Of a DNA stretch of 64,000 nucleotides, positions 21,479 to 31,200 are shown one piece after another. The stretch is taken from assembly GCA_963712275.1 (NCBI GenBank), contig CAVQHD010000001.1, positions 1,312,001 through 1,376,000 of the forward strand. The letters are read 5' to 3'. Position 1 is the first letter of the stretch, and each line of letters begins with the position of its first letter. The notes under the pieces are model-generated. The model was not told where the DNA came from and ran no database searches. It saw nothing but the letters and a program-made list of their open reading frames with translations. The stretch comes from an uncultured Rhabdochlamydiaceae bacterium. Its GTDB lineage: Bacteria; Chlamydiota; Chlamydiia; Chlamydiales; Rhabdochlamydiaceae. Position numbers and translations under genes: made by a program.

Positions 21479-22687
21479 GCCGCATTTATCGAGGAAGGAA
21501 CGGGCCGACTTCACTCTTGCTGTCACCATATGATCAGGGAAAAGCCTATTGAGTTTTTGCATCAAATGAAATAAGTCTTGCGTCATTTTAAGCTGAAGTT
21601 TTTCCAATACTTGGAATCCCTCTTTGGAAATGGCAACGACCCGATTATCGGCATCTGGAACTCTCAAAAAGACCTCGTGATCAGTGTGTATAAACTCTTT
21701 ACCTTCCATGAGACTTGGAATTTTGTCATGAGGGTAAAGATAGATTCCCTTGCGCGCGGAAGGCGTTGAGAATTGAAGCTTGTTGTTGATTTGCTCCTTT
21801 GAAACTCCCATGAGGGAATAATAATTCTCTTGGCTTACGCGTAGTTGAAAAGTATTCAGTTCGATCGTTTGAACGCCAAGAAGGTGGGTCGCTTTCTTAT
21901 GGGGATTCATTGATTGAACGACTGTGTCTACGTAAGTGGCTAAAAATGAGTTGAAAAAGCGTTGGGGCAGCAATACCAAATGTTTAGTCAAAGGACAAGC
22001 CTTTTGATCGATTTTCGTCAGGTTTCTCATGACATATCCAACCTTAGAAGATCTGACAGGGTCGCGAAGAAGTTTTTGCAGGTCCATCGGGTGTTTGTCA
22101 TCCAAGTAGAATTTTCTCAATATCCCACTTAAGACGATGCAATGCTTGGGTAAAACCAGCTGAATGGTTCTGAGCCCCACTTGATTGAGCAGGAATACAT
22201 GAGCAATTGATATGCCTTCTTCTGTTTGACGATTTTTATCCAAGACTTCAGATGAGTAAGCATGTCGGAGCTGGCAGACCTTACTTTTAACGATCGAGTG
22301 CAACTCAGAAATGTCTTCCGCTTGATCCATCGCTTGCAGCGCATCTAAGATGATTTCTGCTGCCCTTACAGGAAAAAGAATTTTTCTATTCTGTTGAAAA
22401 TCAGGCGCTTGAGTTGAACTGCGCTTGGCAAGCGTCTCCTTGCCTTGCAAGGCGATTTGGCTCACCCCCCACTCCAAAAACCGGTCGAGTGATTGCTGAA
22501 ACTGCCCGTTCATGTTGAAGCCCTTTAGCGCTAGCTTAACAATCGGATTCCCTAGGGGTCCAACAGCCTCTTGCAAGTATATAAACGGCTGCTTTTTCAA
22601 ATAAAGATTTGTATTTTGTGTCATTTAATTTCTATAAAAATTGATATAAAACATTATATAATTAATTAATAATTAAAATCAAGATAT

Positions 22688-24763
22688 TTAAAATTTTGCA
22701 TTGAGGAGTTTAATAGATGGGAAGATCCATTCACGGGTAGAGGGCGAGTATTTGTACCCAAATTCAATCTCCCAGCGACCCGTGAGCAGGGTGGAGAGCT
22801 TAATTTCGTATGCATCATATCGAGGCTCGTTTTTCCGCCCCCACCCATGATGAGATTGTAAGTAACATTTCCAAAGAGGAGAAAATCGGAATTGAAATTT
22901 CGATAAGATCGTATTGCGGCCGTCTGAAAGCGGGGAGTGGAGAAGCTCCTCAATAGGGCGCACAATATCGACGATGTAGTTATCGTGGTCTGATTTTCTC
23001 CAATCGAACCGGCTTCGGTGCCTGAATTCCAAGGTCAAGGCTGCGTTTTCACTTAAGGTCCAAGCTGATCGTAGGTTGGCCCTGTCAAAGACAAACTCCT
23101 GAAAGTTATAAATAAAGTCGGTCTCAATCAGCCAAGAGGGGTATGCGAGCTCGCAGGTCGCATACAATTTAGGCAAGGCACGGTGGAAGGCTGTCGTCCC
23201 AGCGAAAATATTGGTATATAAATCAAGGGTAGTATCAGGAAGAAAGGAGCCTTTGGAAAAGTAAAACGATTGCGTCATCCCAGGTCTGAAAAGAGATTGT
23301 TTTGCAACGCCGTCTTCGATTGTAAAGATAAAATGGTTCGAGGTTGGAATGGTCGGCGATGTTTGGCCACGGAGTTCAAGATACGGCTCGAGCCTGTGGA
23401 GCATCGATGGAAACGATCGGTATAAGGCGGAGCTTAGCCGAAACCCGTAAAGCCCAAGAGCTTGTCCTGCTCCATGATGATGCGGCGTATTACTGTAGAG
23501 AATCCCGTTAAATCCAAGCCACGGCGTCCAGCAGAGAGGTCCAAGCTCAAACCGTCGATAAGCTGTATTTCGGGTTTCTAAGCGGGCAGAACGGGAGGTG
23601 TGCAGCTCGTCGGCAAGCCCTTTTGCGTAGACATAGTTGAGGTATCCTGCTGAGAACCGATTTTCAAAAATGATCCCTGATTCCCGCAGGGGAAGAGGTC
23701 GAATGCCTACCGTTATCAAGGGAAGCTGCTGATTGATACTTTGAAACGGGTTGATTCTAGGCTGTAGAGTAAAATGAGAGACCGTATGATCTGTCAAATG
23801 AGAGACCCATAAAATCGTCCGCTTTTGCGTATTAATTTCAAAATTATCCCCCTTAAAATCCTGGGGCATTTTATCGTCGCTTAGACGGTCATAACTCAAA
23901 TGAAGCCGGGTCTTATCATCGCGGAAAGAAGATGTTAAAAGACCTTGCAGACGAAACCGCTTATTGCCATGTTCATCAGGGACAATCTTGTCATAAGCCC
24001 CGTAGTTTTTTGTCTGAAACAACGTCGTTCCATCGATAGATCGATAGTTGGTTTCAATGGCAGCGCCAGGCCCCCTTTTAAACCGGTAGTCGAGCCTGCC
24101 GAACAGACTGAATGTCTCCGTCGAGTAGAGCTCATACCGCATTGAGATTTTCTGCTTGAGCACCTGATCCCAAATAAACTTGTACCGGATGGGAGGCTCT
24201 CTTAATAGCTTAAGGTCAATCTTGAAGGTTGGAAACCAGAAAATGGGGATATTGAAAAACCGGATTTTGATATTTTTTGCCGAAAGGAGACTAGAGCTTG
24301 AAATCCCAATTTTTGAAGAATGGAGCTGCCACCACGGATTTTGACTTTCTACCGTTGTGAGATAAGCGTTGGCAATTGAGAAACTGCCATCTTTCATCAA
24401 TTCGATTTCATCGCCCCCTACAAACCAGTAGTCTGTTGCTGTCCGCCCCTGTTTCATCACTCCTGTTCTTTCCATCAAGTCATAGTCGAGCTCATCCCCC
24501 ACGAAGATACGTCCTTGATATTCAAGTAAAAGGTTACCACTTGCATGGACTTTTTTGATTTGCAGCCCATTTTCTGTCTTATGGGTGTAGGCGATATGTT
24601 CTGCCTGAATCCGGATGTCGGGCCCGGTGATCACCCCCCCCTCATCAGACGAGATAGTCCCCTGGGAAAATAAGGGATTTTTAAGCTGAATGTCAAAATC
24701 GTCCGCTCCCAAAAAAGAGGCCGCGCCTAAGAAAAAAGAGATAAGTAATTTTTTTAATCGCAT
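22688..24763 (-). CDS. LptD/OstA-like outer-membrane LPS assembly protein
   Basis: Signal peptide, OstA-like N-domain (IQAEHIAY, FVGDELDYD, IPIFWFP), beta-strand-rich C-terminus ending in Phe. Confidence 0.75.
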   Translation of the reverse strand: MRLKKLLISFFLGAASFLGADDFDIQLKNPLFSQGTISSDEGGVITGPDIRIQAEHIAYTHKTENGLQIKKVHASGNLLLEYQGRIFVGDELDYDLMERTGVMKQGRTATDYWFVGGDEIELMKDGSFSIANAYLTTVESQNPWWQLHSSKIGISSSSLLSAKNIKIRFFNIPIFWFPTFKIDLKLLREPPIRYKFIWDQVLKQKISMRYELYSTETFSLFGRLDYRFKRGPGAAIETNYRSIDGTTLFQTKNYGAYDKIVPDEHGNKRFRLQGLLTSSFRDDKTRLHLSYDRLSDDKMPQDFKGDNFEINTQKRTILWVSHLTDHTVSHFTLQPRINPFQSINQQLPLITVGIRPLPLRESGIIFENRFSAGYLNYVYAKGLADELHTSRSARLETRNTAYRRFELGPLCWTPWLGFNGILYSNTPHHHGAGQALGLYGFRLSSALYRSFPSMLHRLEPYLELRGQTSPTIPTSNHFIFTIEDGVAKQSLFRPGMTQSFYFSKGSFLPDTTLDLYTNIFAGTTAFHRALPKLYATCELAYPSWLIETDFIYNFQEFVFDRANLRSAWTLSENAALTLEFRHRSRFDWRKSDHDNYIVDIVRPIEELLHSPLSDGRNTILSKFQFRFSPLWKCYLQSHHGWGRKNEPRYDAYEIKLSTLLTGRWEIEFGYKYSPSTREWIFPSIKLLNAKF

Positions 24764-24853
24764 AAAACCTCTAGGATACCGGGGGAAGCACTTAATTCTC
24801 GAGATTTAAGAGATGTTTTGGTATAATCCTTGTGCAACAAGAGGTAAAAACCA

Positions 24854-25702
24854 ATGACGATTAAGATTCAATCAAAAAAATTTTTAGAAGACTATACGAT
24901 AACAGCTCAAGCCAATGCTGGAACGGATTTAAACATCGATCCCAACCCAGCGGAATTTGACAGAGTGAAACATCAGATTAGCGCTGAATACCGCCCTATC
25001 ATTTTGAACTATACAGACCAGAGCTGGAATTGGGATCTCAGCTCACATCTTCACGGGGTATCCGTAGCCCCTCTACCATCCTCCGCACCCAAAACAGAGA
25101 AAGAGCGAAAAGAGGCAGAGGAAGAGGCGCGCGCTAATCGGGCAAAATGGCTGGGATTTTTGATAGCGGGAATCAGTGCTTTTTTAACAGGAAAGACATG
25201 GACCTCTTATCGGCGATATACCAACACGTTTTCTTATACGCAAAAAGTTCATCAAGCGGTTACAGAATATCTTTCACAGGAACAAAAACCTGAAGTTTAC
25301 AGCGATTTCAAGAGTCTTGTTGACCGTCAGCTTAAAGTGGATAGTCTCAATGCTGGAAAAGCTAAAAGCTATTTTTTAGCTGCGCTTGGAACTTTTATTG
25401 GAGGTGGAGTTCTGGCCGTTGGAGGATTTGCTGTGATTCCTTGGGTGATAACGGCAGGGCAAGTTATTTTAGTTGTTTCTGTTACATTTGCTCTATTCAA
25501 CTTAGGAGTTCACTGGGATGATAAAGCAACAATCCGTCAGCACAACCAGGAGATTGTGAAGTTGGCAAACCAAATTCTTGTTATGTTGCTTGCATGTGAT
25601 GATGATATGAATCTAGCATCTTGGAGCGCACCTCAGCCTTCGTTTGTACCTATCTATCCTAACCCTCAGGTTAATGCTACCGCTCCTTTTTTTGGTACAT
25701 GA
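24854..25702 (+). CDS. Inc-like membrane protein, paralog 1
   Basis: Bilobed hydrophobic hairpin FLAALGTFIGGG...FALFNLG; shares ISxxYRP and VDxLNxGK with the next ORF. Confidence 0.7.
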   Translation: MTIKIQSKKFLEDYTITAQANAGTDLNIDPNPAEFDRVKHQISAEYRPIILNYTDQSWNWDLSSHLHGVSVAPLPSSAPKTEKERKEAEEEARANRAKWLGFLIAGISAFLTGKTWTSYRRYTNTFSYTQKVHQAVTEYLSQEQKPEVYSDFKSLVDRQLKVDSLNAGKAKSYFLAALGTFIGGGVLAVGGFAVIPWVITAGQVILVVSVTFALFNLGVHWDDKATIRQHNQEIVKLANQILVMLLACDDDMNLASWSAPQPSFVPIYPNPQVNATAPFFGT

Positions 25703-25743
25703 GGAGATCTCTGCTGCGGATGAAGAGGTAAGATAAGGTATAG

Positions 25744-26559
25744 ATGTCGGCAAAAATTGACCCCCATTCTAGACAGTTCTGGGTTGGTTATGTCATGACA
25801 ATCCAACATAACGCTGGTGTTTGTTTAGGAAAAAGGATCAACCAGTACATCTTTGAAGAACGCATACTAAATGATTCGATTTCTGATCAATATCGCCCAC
25901 AGCATCTGTCTTATTTTTCAAATAAATATTTTCAAGCAGCTTTCCAAATAGTTCAGTCCATGGGCTGTTTTGTGCATACGAGCAAAGTATTAAAGGTTGT
26001 CAAGGAATTAGATAATGAAGGTCAACCTTTTTTCGTTAGGGGAGAAGAAACTCTCAAAAGAATAGAAGCGCAAACTAAGCTGAAACAGGATCTTGCTGAG
26101 CTTGTTAAGCAGCAGTTCGAAGTGGATAAGCTCAATGGAGGAAAAGGTGTAGATTATTGCTTAGCGGTGCTTATGGCTCTCACTGGGATTTGCCTATTTG
26201 CAATTGGAAAGTTAACACGGATTTCACGCATATCTGCTATTGGTCAAGAGGCTCTAACCTGTTCTGTTTTAGCTGCGGCAATCAGTTTTGCCCGTCATTC
26301 GGGAGATGAAAAGAAGATTCGGAAAGCATATGAGGCAATTGTAGGAGATAAAGATATCAGAGGATTGGCAGATACCGTTCTCCTTCAGCTTGATTCTTTT
26401 GATCAAGAAATGAAATACCTTTCCAGGCCTTCTCCTGCTTGTTCTTATCAACCTCTTTGGTATGACAGGCCAGCTTATAGAGGAGGACTGCTCTGGGAGC
26501 TTGTTCATACGGCTAGCGACAGGCAATCTGCCTTCTCTCCAGCGCAATTCGATGAATGA
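25744..26559 (+). CDS. Inc-like membrane protein, paralog 2
   Basis: Diverged tandem paralog of 24854-25702. Confidence 0.65.
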   Translation: MSAKIDPHSRQFWVGYVMTIQHNAGVCLGKRINQYIFEERILNDSISDQYRPQHLSYFSNKYFQAAFQIVQSMGCFVHTSKVLKVVKELDNEGQPFFVRGEETLKRIEAQTKLKQDLAELVKQQFEVDKLNGGKGVDYCLAVLMALTGICLFAIGKLTRISRISAIGQEALTCSVLAAAISFARHSGDEKKIRKAYEAIVGDKDIRGLADTVLLQLDSFDQEMKYLSRPSPACSYQPLWYDRPAYRGGLLWELVHTASDRQSAFSPAQFDE

Positions 26560-26664
26560 GATCCCTTTAGAATCAAGCAAAATCTTCACGTGATTGCCTT
26601 GTCAGAAGGCCCTAGTATAATATCGTTCTTGGAATTGTCTTATTTTAAATAACTTATTATTTAA

Positions 26665-26693
26665 TTGATTTTATTAAATATATTGTATATAAT
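26665..26693 (+). promoter_or_regulatory. sigma70/sigma66-type promoter
   Basis: TTGATT-17bp-TATAAT upstream of the 26724 ORF. Confidence 0.6.
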
Positions 26694-26723
26694 ATTTATT
26701 ATTAATAATAAAGGTGGTGAGAT

Positions 26724-28079
26724 ATGATGGTTTTAACAAGATTCATTGGCCTGTCCTGGGCTGAGATCCCAGCTGCTATTGAACAAGTTGGACGTGGCGA
26801 ATATGTCTCTCGGGTACAGCGGCAATGGAGTGTCTATGCATTACCTTATCAAGAAGCCGATCAAGATACTTATCAGGAAGCTAATCATCAAGATAAAGTT
26901 TTTCCGCTTGCGATTGCCCGATTTGATTTTATAGCTCAGCAAGATGAAGTAACCTACAAACATGAGATTTCAAAATTTCTTTTAACACCGAAAGTCTTAG
27001 AGGGGATGGCTCGTGCTAGCCACGGGACTATTAAAGTATATTTTCCTGAACAATTTCCAGATATTATTCTTAAACAAGCAGAACTTGAGTGTGAACGTCG
27101 TTTAGAACGCATGCGTTGTGCTCGTGCAATTTGCTCAAAAATTGAAGGTGGATCAACTCTTCTTGTTATTCCAAAAGATCTTGGAGTTGTAAACAATGAC
27201 TATCTTATTGAAGAAAGACTTCCCCTCCAACATATTCCAACGTTTGATCAGCAGCGGCTATATGTAGCACATCAACAAGAACTAAATCCAGTTATTTGCG
27301 CATTTGTCCATTTTATTTTTCAATCTAACCTATCTGATTTAGTGCAATATCACAACAAACAGTGCTTTCCTCGAGGATATCCAAAACCCCGTTTTGATAA
27401 TGTTCCTTTTTTCATGACAGACGAAGGACTAAAGATTGGCTTAATTGATCTAGAGACTATGAAGGTCATCCCGAAAGAACCCTCTACTAGTAGCCTACTA
27501 GGACTTGTTTATATGTATCCTTATCATAGAAGTGCGATTATGCAGGTCGCTTCCTCATATTTTTCATCTAAACAACTTGAAGGTATTAATGAACAGATCA
27601 GTGCATCAGAATTGGAGGGCAAAAAACTTATCCAAATAGGCTATATAGATTTACAAACTTATCTAAAAAGTAGGCGGCATTCCAAGATATGTCTCACGAC
27701 AAGGATAAAAAATGCTATTATTGAAGAGATCAAATTGGCCATAAAAACATCTCAAGAATACAATAATCCTCTAACAACAGCTGAAGAGGACATACTCAAG
27801 CAAGCATTAGATCAAATTGTCGTAGAGCTGAATAGGGTGAAAGATTCTAGCAATGCAAACCATGCAAATAAAGGGCCTTTGTATTGTTTTAATACAAGTG
27901 TATTCAGTTCGCTAGAAAACACGCTTTATTATCTGGAAAAGAGTTTTTATGGACCTGATCGCAAGATTCTTAAGGGTGATGGAATAACGCTTGTTTTTTA
28001 TTTACTCCAAAAGTTGGAAAACCATAAGGTCTTTTATCAGTGTAGTATCAATGGCTTTTCTGCAATTTTAGTCGCTTAG
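26724..28079 (+). CDS. hypothetical protein with atypical kinase-like motifs
   Basis: IILK, YLIEERLP, RFDNVPF, IGLIDLE resemble kinase beta3, hinge, catalytic and Mg-binding motifs. Confidence 0.55.
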   Translation: MMVLTRFIGLSWAEIPAAIEQVGRGEYVSRVQRQWSVYALPYQEADQDTYQEANHQDKVFPLAIARFDFIAQQDEVTYKHEISKFLLTPKVLEGMARASHGTIKVYFPEQFPDIILKQAELECERRLERMRCARAICSKIEGGSTLLVIPKDLGVVNNDYLIEERLPLQHIPTFDQQRLYVAHQQELNPVICAFVHFIFQSNLSDLVQYHNKQCFPRGYPKPRFDNVPFFMTDEGLKIGLIDLETMKVIPKEPSTSSLLGLVYMYPYHRSAIMQVASSYFSSKQLEGINEQISASELEGKKLIQIGYIDLQTYLKSRRHSKICLTTRIKNAIIEEIKLAIKTSQEYNNPLTTAEEDILKQALDQIVVELNRVKDSSNANHANKGPLYCFNTSVFSSLENTLYYLEKSFYGPDRKILKGDGITLVFYLLQKLENHKVFYQCSINGFSAILVA

Positions 28080-28088
28080 GTCTTCAAT

Positions 28089-28188
28089 TACTGCAGTGTA
28101 CGAATAAGCAGGCCGGCGAGGGCATACCTGTTCTTGGGGTGGCCGCTTCGGAGGCCTTGGAGGAGGATTTCGATCTCTTGCTCGTCGT
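28089..28188 (+). repeat. 100-bp direct repeat, left island boundary (displaced 3' end of HEAT gene)
   Basis: Matches 41721-41820 with 5 mismatches; still encodes ...HPKNRYALAGLLIRTLQ-stop on the minus strand. Confidence 0.95.
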
Positions 28189-28225
28189 ACTAAGGCTTCT
28201 ATCTTTAAGACAGAGAAAATAGTCT

Positions 28226-31200
28226 TTAAGATAAAGAACATGTGTCTTTTTTCTCTTGATTAGGCGCCTTAGGAATTTTTTCTTTGGTCTTTTCAGACAT
28301 GTTTTCTTCACACCCTTTAGGAAAGTGTATCTGCAGCCACTCTGCCACCTCTGCTTGATGATACCTTGTAGCTATCTTGAAGGGAGTTTCTCCATTCCAT
28401 CTTAGGAAAGGTTGCCGAGAATCTTGTAAGCAAAGCCACTGAACCATGGGCAGATGGCCTTCTTGTGCAGCAGCGTGAAGGGGAGTCCAGCCCTCCTGCG
28501 TAAACTTGCCGAGAAGAGAAGGGTCTTTTTCATGAAGCCACTGAGTCATGGGCAGATGGCCTCCTGCAGCAGCAGAATGAAGGGGAGTCCAGCCCTCCCG
28601 CGTAAATTTGTCGAGAAGAGAAGGGTCTTTTTCAAGAAGCCACTGAGTCATGGGCAGATGGCCTTCTTGTGCAGCAGCGTGAAGGGGAGTCCAGCCCTCC
28701 TGCGTAAACTTGCCGAGAAGAGAAGGGTCTTTTTCATGAAGCCACTGAGTCATGGGCAGATGGCCTTCTTGTGCAGCAGCGTGAAGGGGAGTCCAGCCCT
28801 CCTGCGTAAACTTGCCGAGAAGAGAAGGGTCTTTTTCATGAAGCCACTGAGCCATGGGCAGATGGCCTTTTGCAGCAGCAGCGTGAAGGGGAGTCCAGCC
28901 GTCCTGCGTAAACTTGCCGAGAAGAGAAAGATCTTTTTCATGAAGCCACTGAACCATGGGCAGATGACCTTCTTGTGCAGCAGCGTGAAGGGGAGTCCAG
29001 CCGTCCTGCGTAAACTTGCCGAGAAGAGAAAGATCTTTTTCATGAAGCCACTGAGCCATGGGCAGATGGCCTTCATAAGCAGCAGCGTGAAGGGGAATCC
29101 AGCCCTCCTGCGTAAACTTGCCGAGAAGAGAAGGGTCTTTTTCATGAAGCCACTGAGCCATGGGCAGATGGCCTTTTGCAGCAGCAGAGTGAAGGGGAGT
29201 CCAGCCATCCTGCGTAAATTTGCCGAGAAGAGAAGGATCTTTTTCAAGAAGCCACTGAGCTATGGGCAGATGGCCTTTTGCAGCAGCAATATGTAGGGGA
29301 GTCCAGCCATCCTGCGTAAATTTGCCGAGAAGAGAAGGATCTTTTTCAAGAAGCCACTGAGCCATGGGCAGATGGCCTTTTACAGCGGCAGAGTGAAGGG
29401 GAGTCCAGCCGTCCTGCGTAAATTTGCCAAGGAGTGAAGGATCTTTTTCATGAAGCCACTGAGCCATGGGTAGACGACCTTCTACAGCAGCAGCGTGAAG
29501 GGGAGTCCAGCCGTCCTGCGTAAATTTGCCAAGGAGTGAAGGATCTTTTTCATGAAGCCACTGAGCCATGGGTAGACGACCTTCTACAGCAGCAGCGTGA
29601 AGGGGAGTCCAGCCGTCCTGCGTAAATTTGCCAAGGAGTGAAGGATCTTTTTCATGAAGCCACTGAGCCATGGGTAGATGACCTTCTGCAGCAGCAGAGT
29701 GAAGGGGAGTCCAGCCATCCTGCGTAAATTTGCCGAGAAGAGAAGGATCTTTTTCAAGAAGCCACTGAGCTATGGGCAGATGGCCTTTTGCAGCAGCAGC
29801 GTAAAGGGGGGTTGCGCCCTCCTGCGTAAATTTGCCGATGAGCAAAGGGTCTTTTTCAAGAAGCCATATTGCTAATTCTAAGTTTCCTGCAACACATACC
29901 CCCAAAAAAGGAAGAATACCTTTTTTATCTGCCTGGGAAATGAGGCTTGAATGTTTGGTATAGAGGTACTTCAGTGTGTAGGTGTGTTTATAAAAATCGT
30001 TACTCTGAGCAACCTTTTCGAAGATAAGAATGTTTTGAGCTAAGTACTGATCAAAGGGCGGTAGTTCCTTAAAACCGCCTATGCATTCATTTAGGCACCC
30101 GAAACCGAGCTTGAGCATTTCTTCGGATGATTGATTAACAGGGTCACTGTAGAGCCACTCAAAAAACATCTTTAGAGTATCGAAGTTTTGATGAGTTTTT
30201 TCCCAAATAGAGCCAGCCAGCATACATATGACAAGATGAAAATGCGGCTTATACCGATAGGTCTGGACGAAAGCCCGTTGCTCCTCAGTTGGCAAGTTGC
30301 TGATCGATTCGGCGATAGTATATTCCTGATAGGTTAGATGAATAAAATACATCTCTCCATTTTCACCGCATCCTTTGATGAGCCCTGTGCCGATGAGATC
30401 TTTGCTACTAATGGTATCGAATTTCTTATCTTCCAAAGCAGCATCGATTAAAGTTTTTGGAAGGATGAGTTGTTTGTTGTCGAGTCCTTTTAAGGCAATC
30501 TTTCCAAGAGCTTGATAGAGAAGCTGCTTTTGGGAGCGGGGGAGCTCTTTACCTCCAGCCTGTTTACTTTGCTCCCAATCAAAGAGACGGCTGGTAATTT
30601 TTGAAAACATCAAAGTCAAAGTTTGCGGAAACTCTTTCTCTCCTTTTTGCCATAAAGCGCACAGAATTTGAAGCTGGATGGGGATATGAGCAATCGTAAA
30701 AAGATCGTTGTGCAAACGAAGGTTGCTCAGAAAAGTCTTTAATTCTGAACTTTTGGTATGGGTAAAGAATTTCTCTGTATAGACCTCGATTTGTTTGTCA
30801 GTAAAGCCCATATTTTCGACAATCAAATCGAAGTTACCGTGGATGCTCGCAGTGACTCCGGGTCTCGATGTGAGGAGATAGTGTTTGACTCTAGTTTTTA
30901 GAAAATATTGCTTAATAACTTCTATCACTGCTGGAGAAGCTTCATCCCAGCCATCGAAGATCACGAGGATTTTGTCTGGATGGTCTTGAAGTTCCTGAAA
31001 AATCTTTTTTTGATGTGTTCCTTGGTAGCAAAATTCGGAAATGGCATTACTCAGCCATTCGTCCGAATCTTGGAAGTTTTTAAAGTTATTTTCCTCTATC
31101 CAGACATTTAACACTCTGAGTTTAAGGTGATAGACCACCGCAAATTTCTCTTTAAAAAGGATTCCCAATGCCCAGTCGTAGGTAATTTTCTGACAAAGGG

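Larger units (their letters stand above)
17638..22624 (-). pseudogene. 559-aa protein with C-terminal RelA/SpoT-type synthetase domain, split by IS1634 and ISAs1
   Basis: Joining 22624-21479, 19496-19067 and 17741-17638 gives 1680 nt in one open frame; motifs RVKSARS, DGCGCRI, GAYK, ELQITT, HNVIYK. Confidence 0.85.

Noticed and set aside
28084..28311. 75-aa ORF at the island edge
   Set aside because: Out-of-frame read across the NLR end and the displaced gene-end repeat
28454..29875. Alternative-frame and antisense ORFs over the ankyrin array
   Set aside because: Shadow ORFs produced by stop-free repeat units
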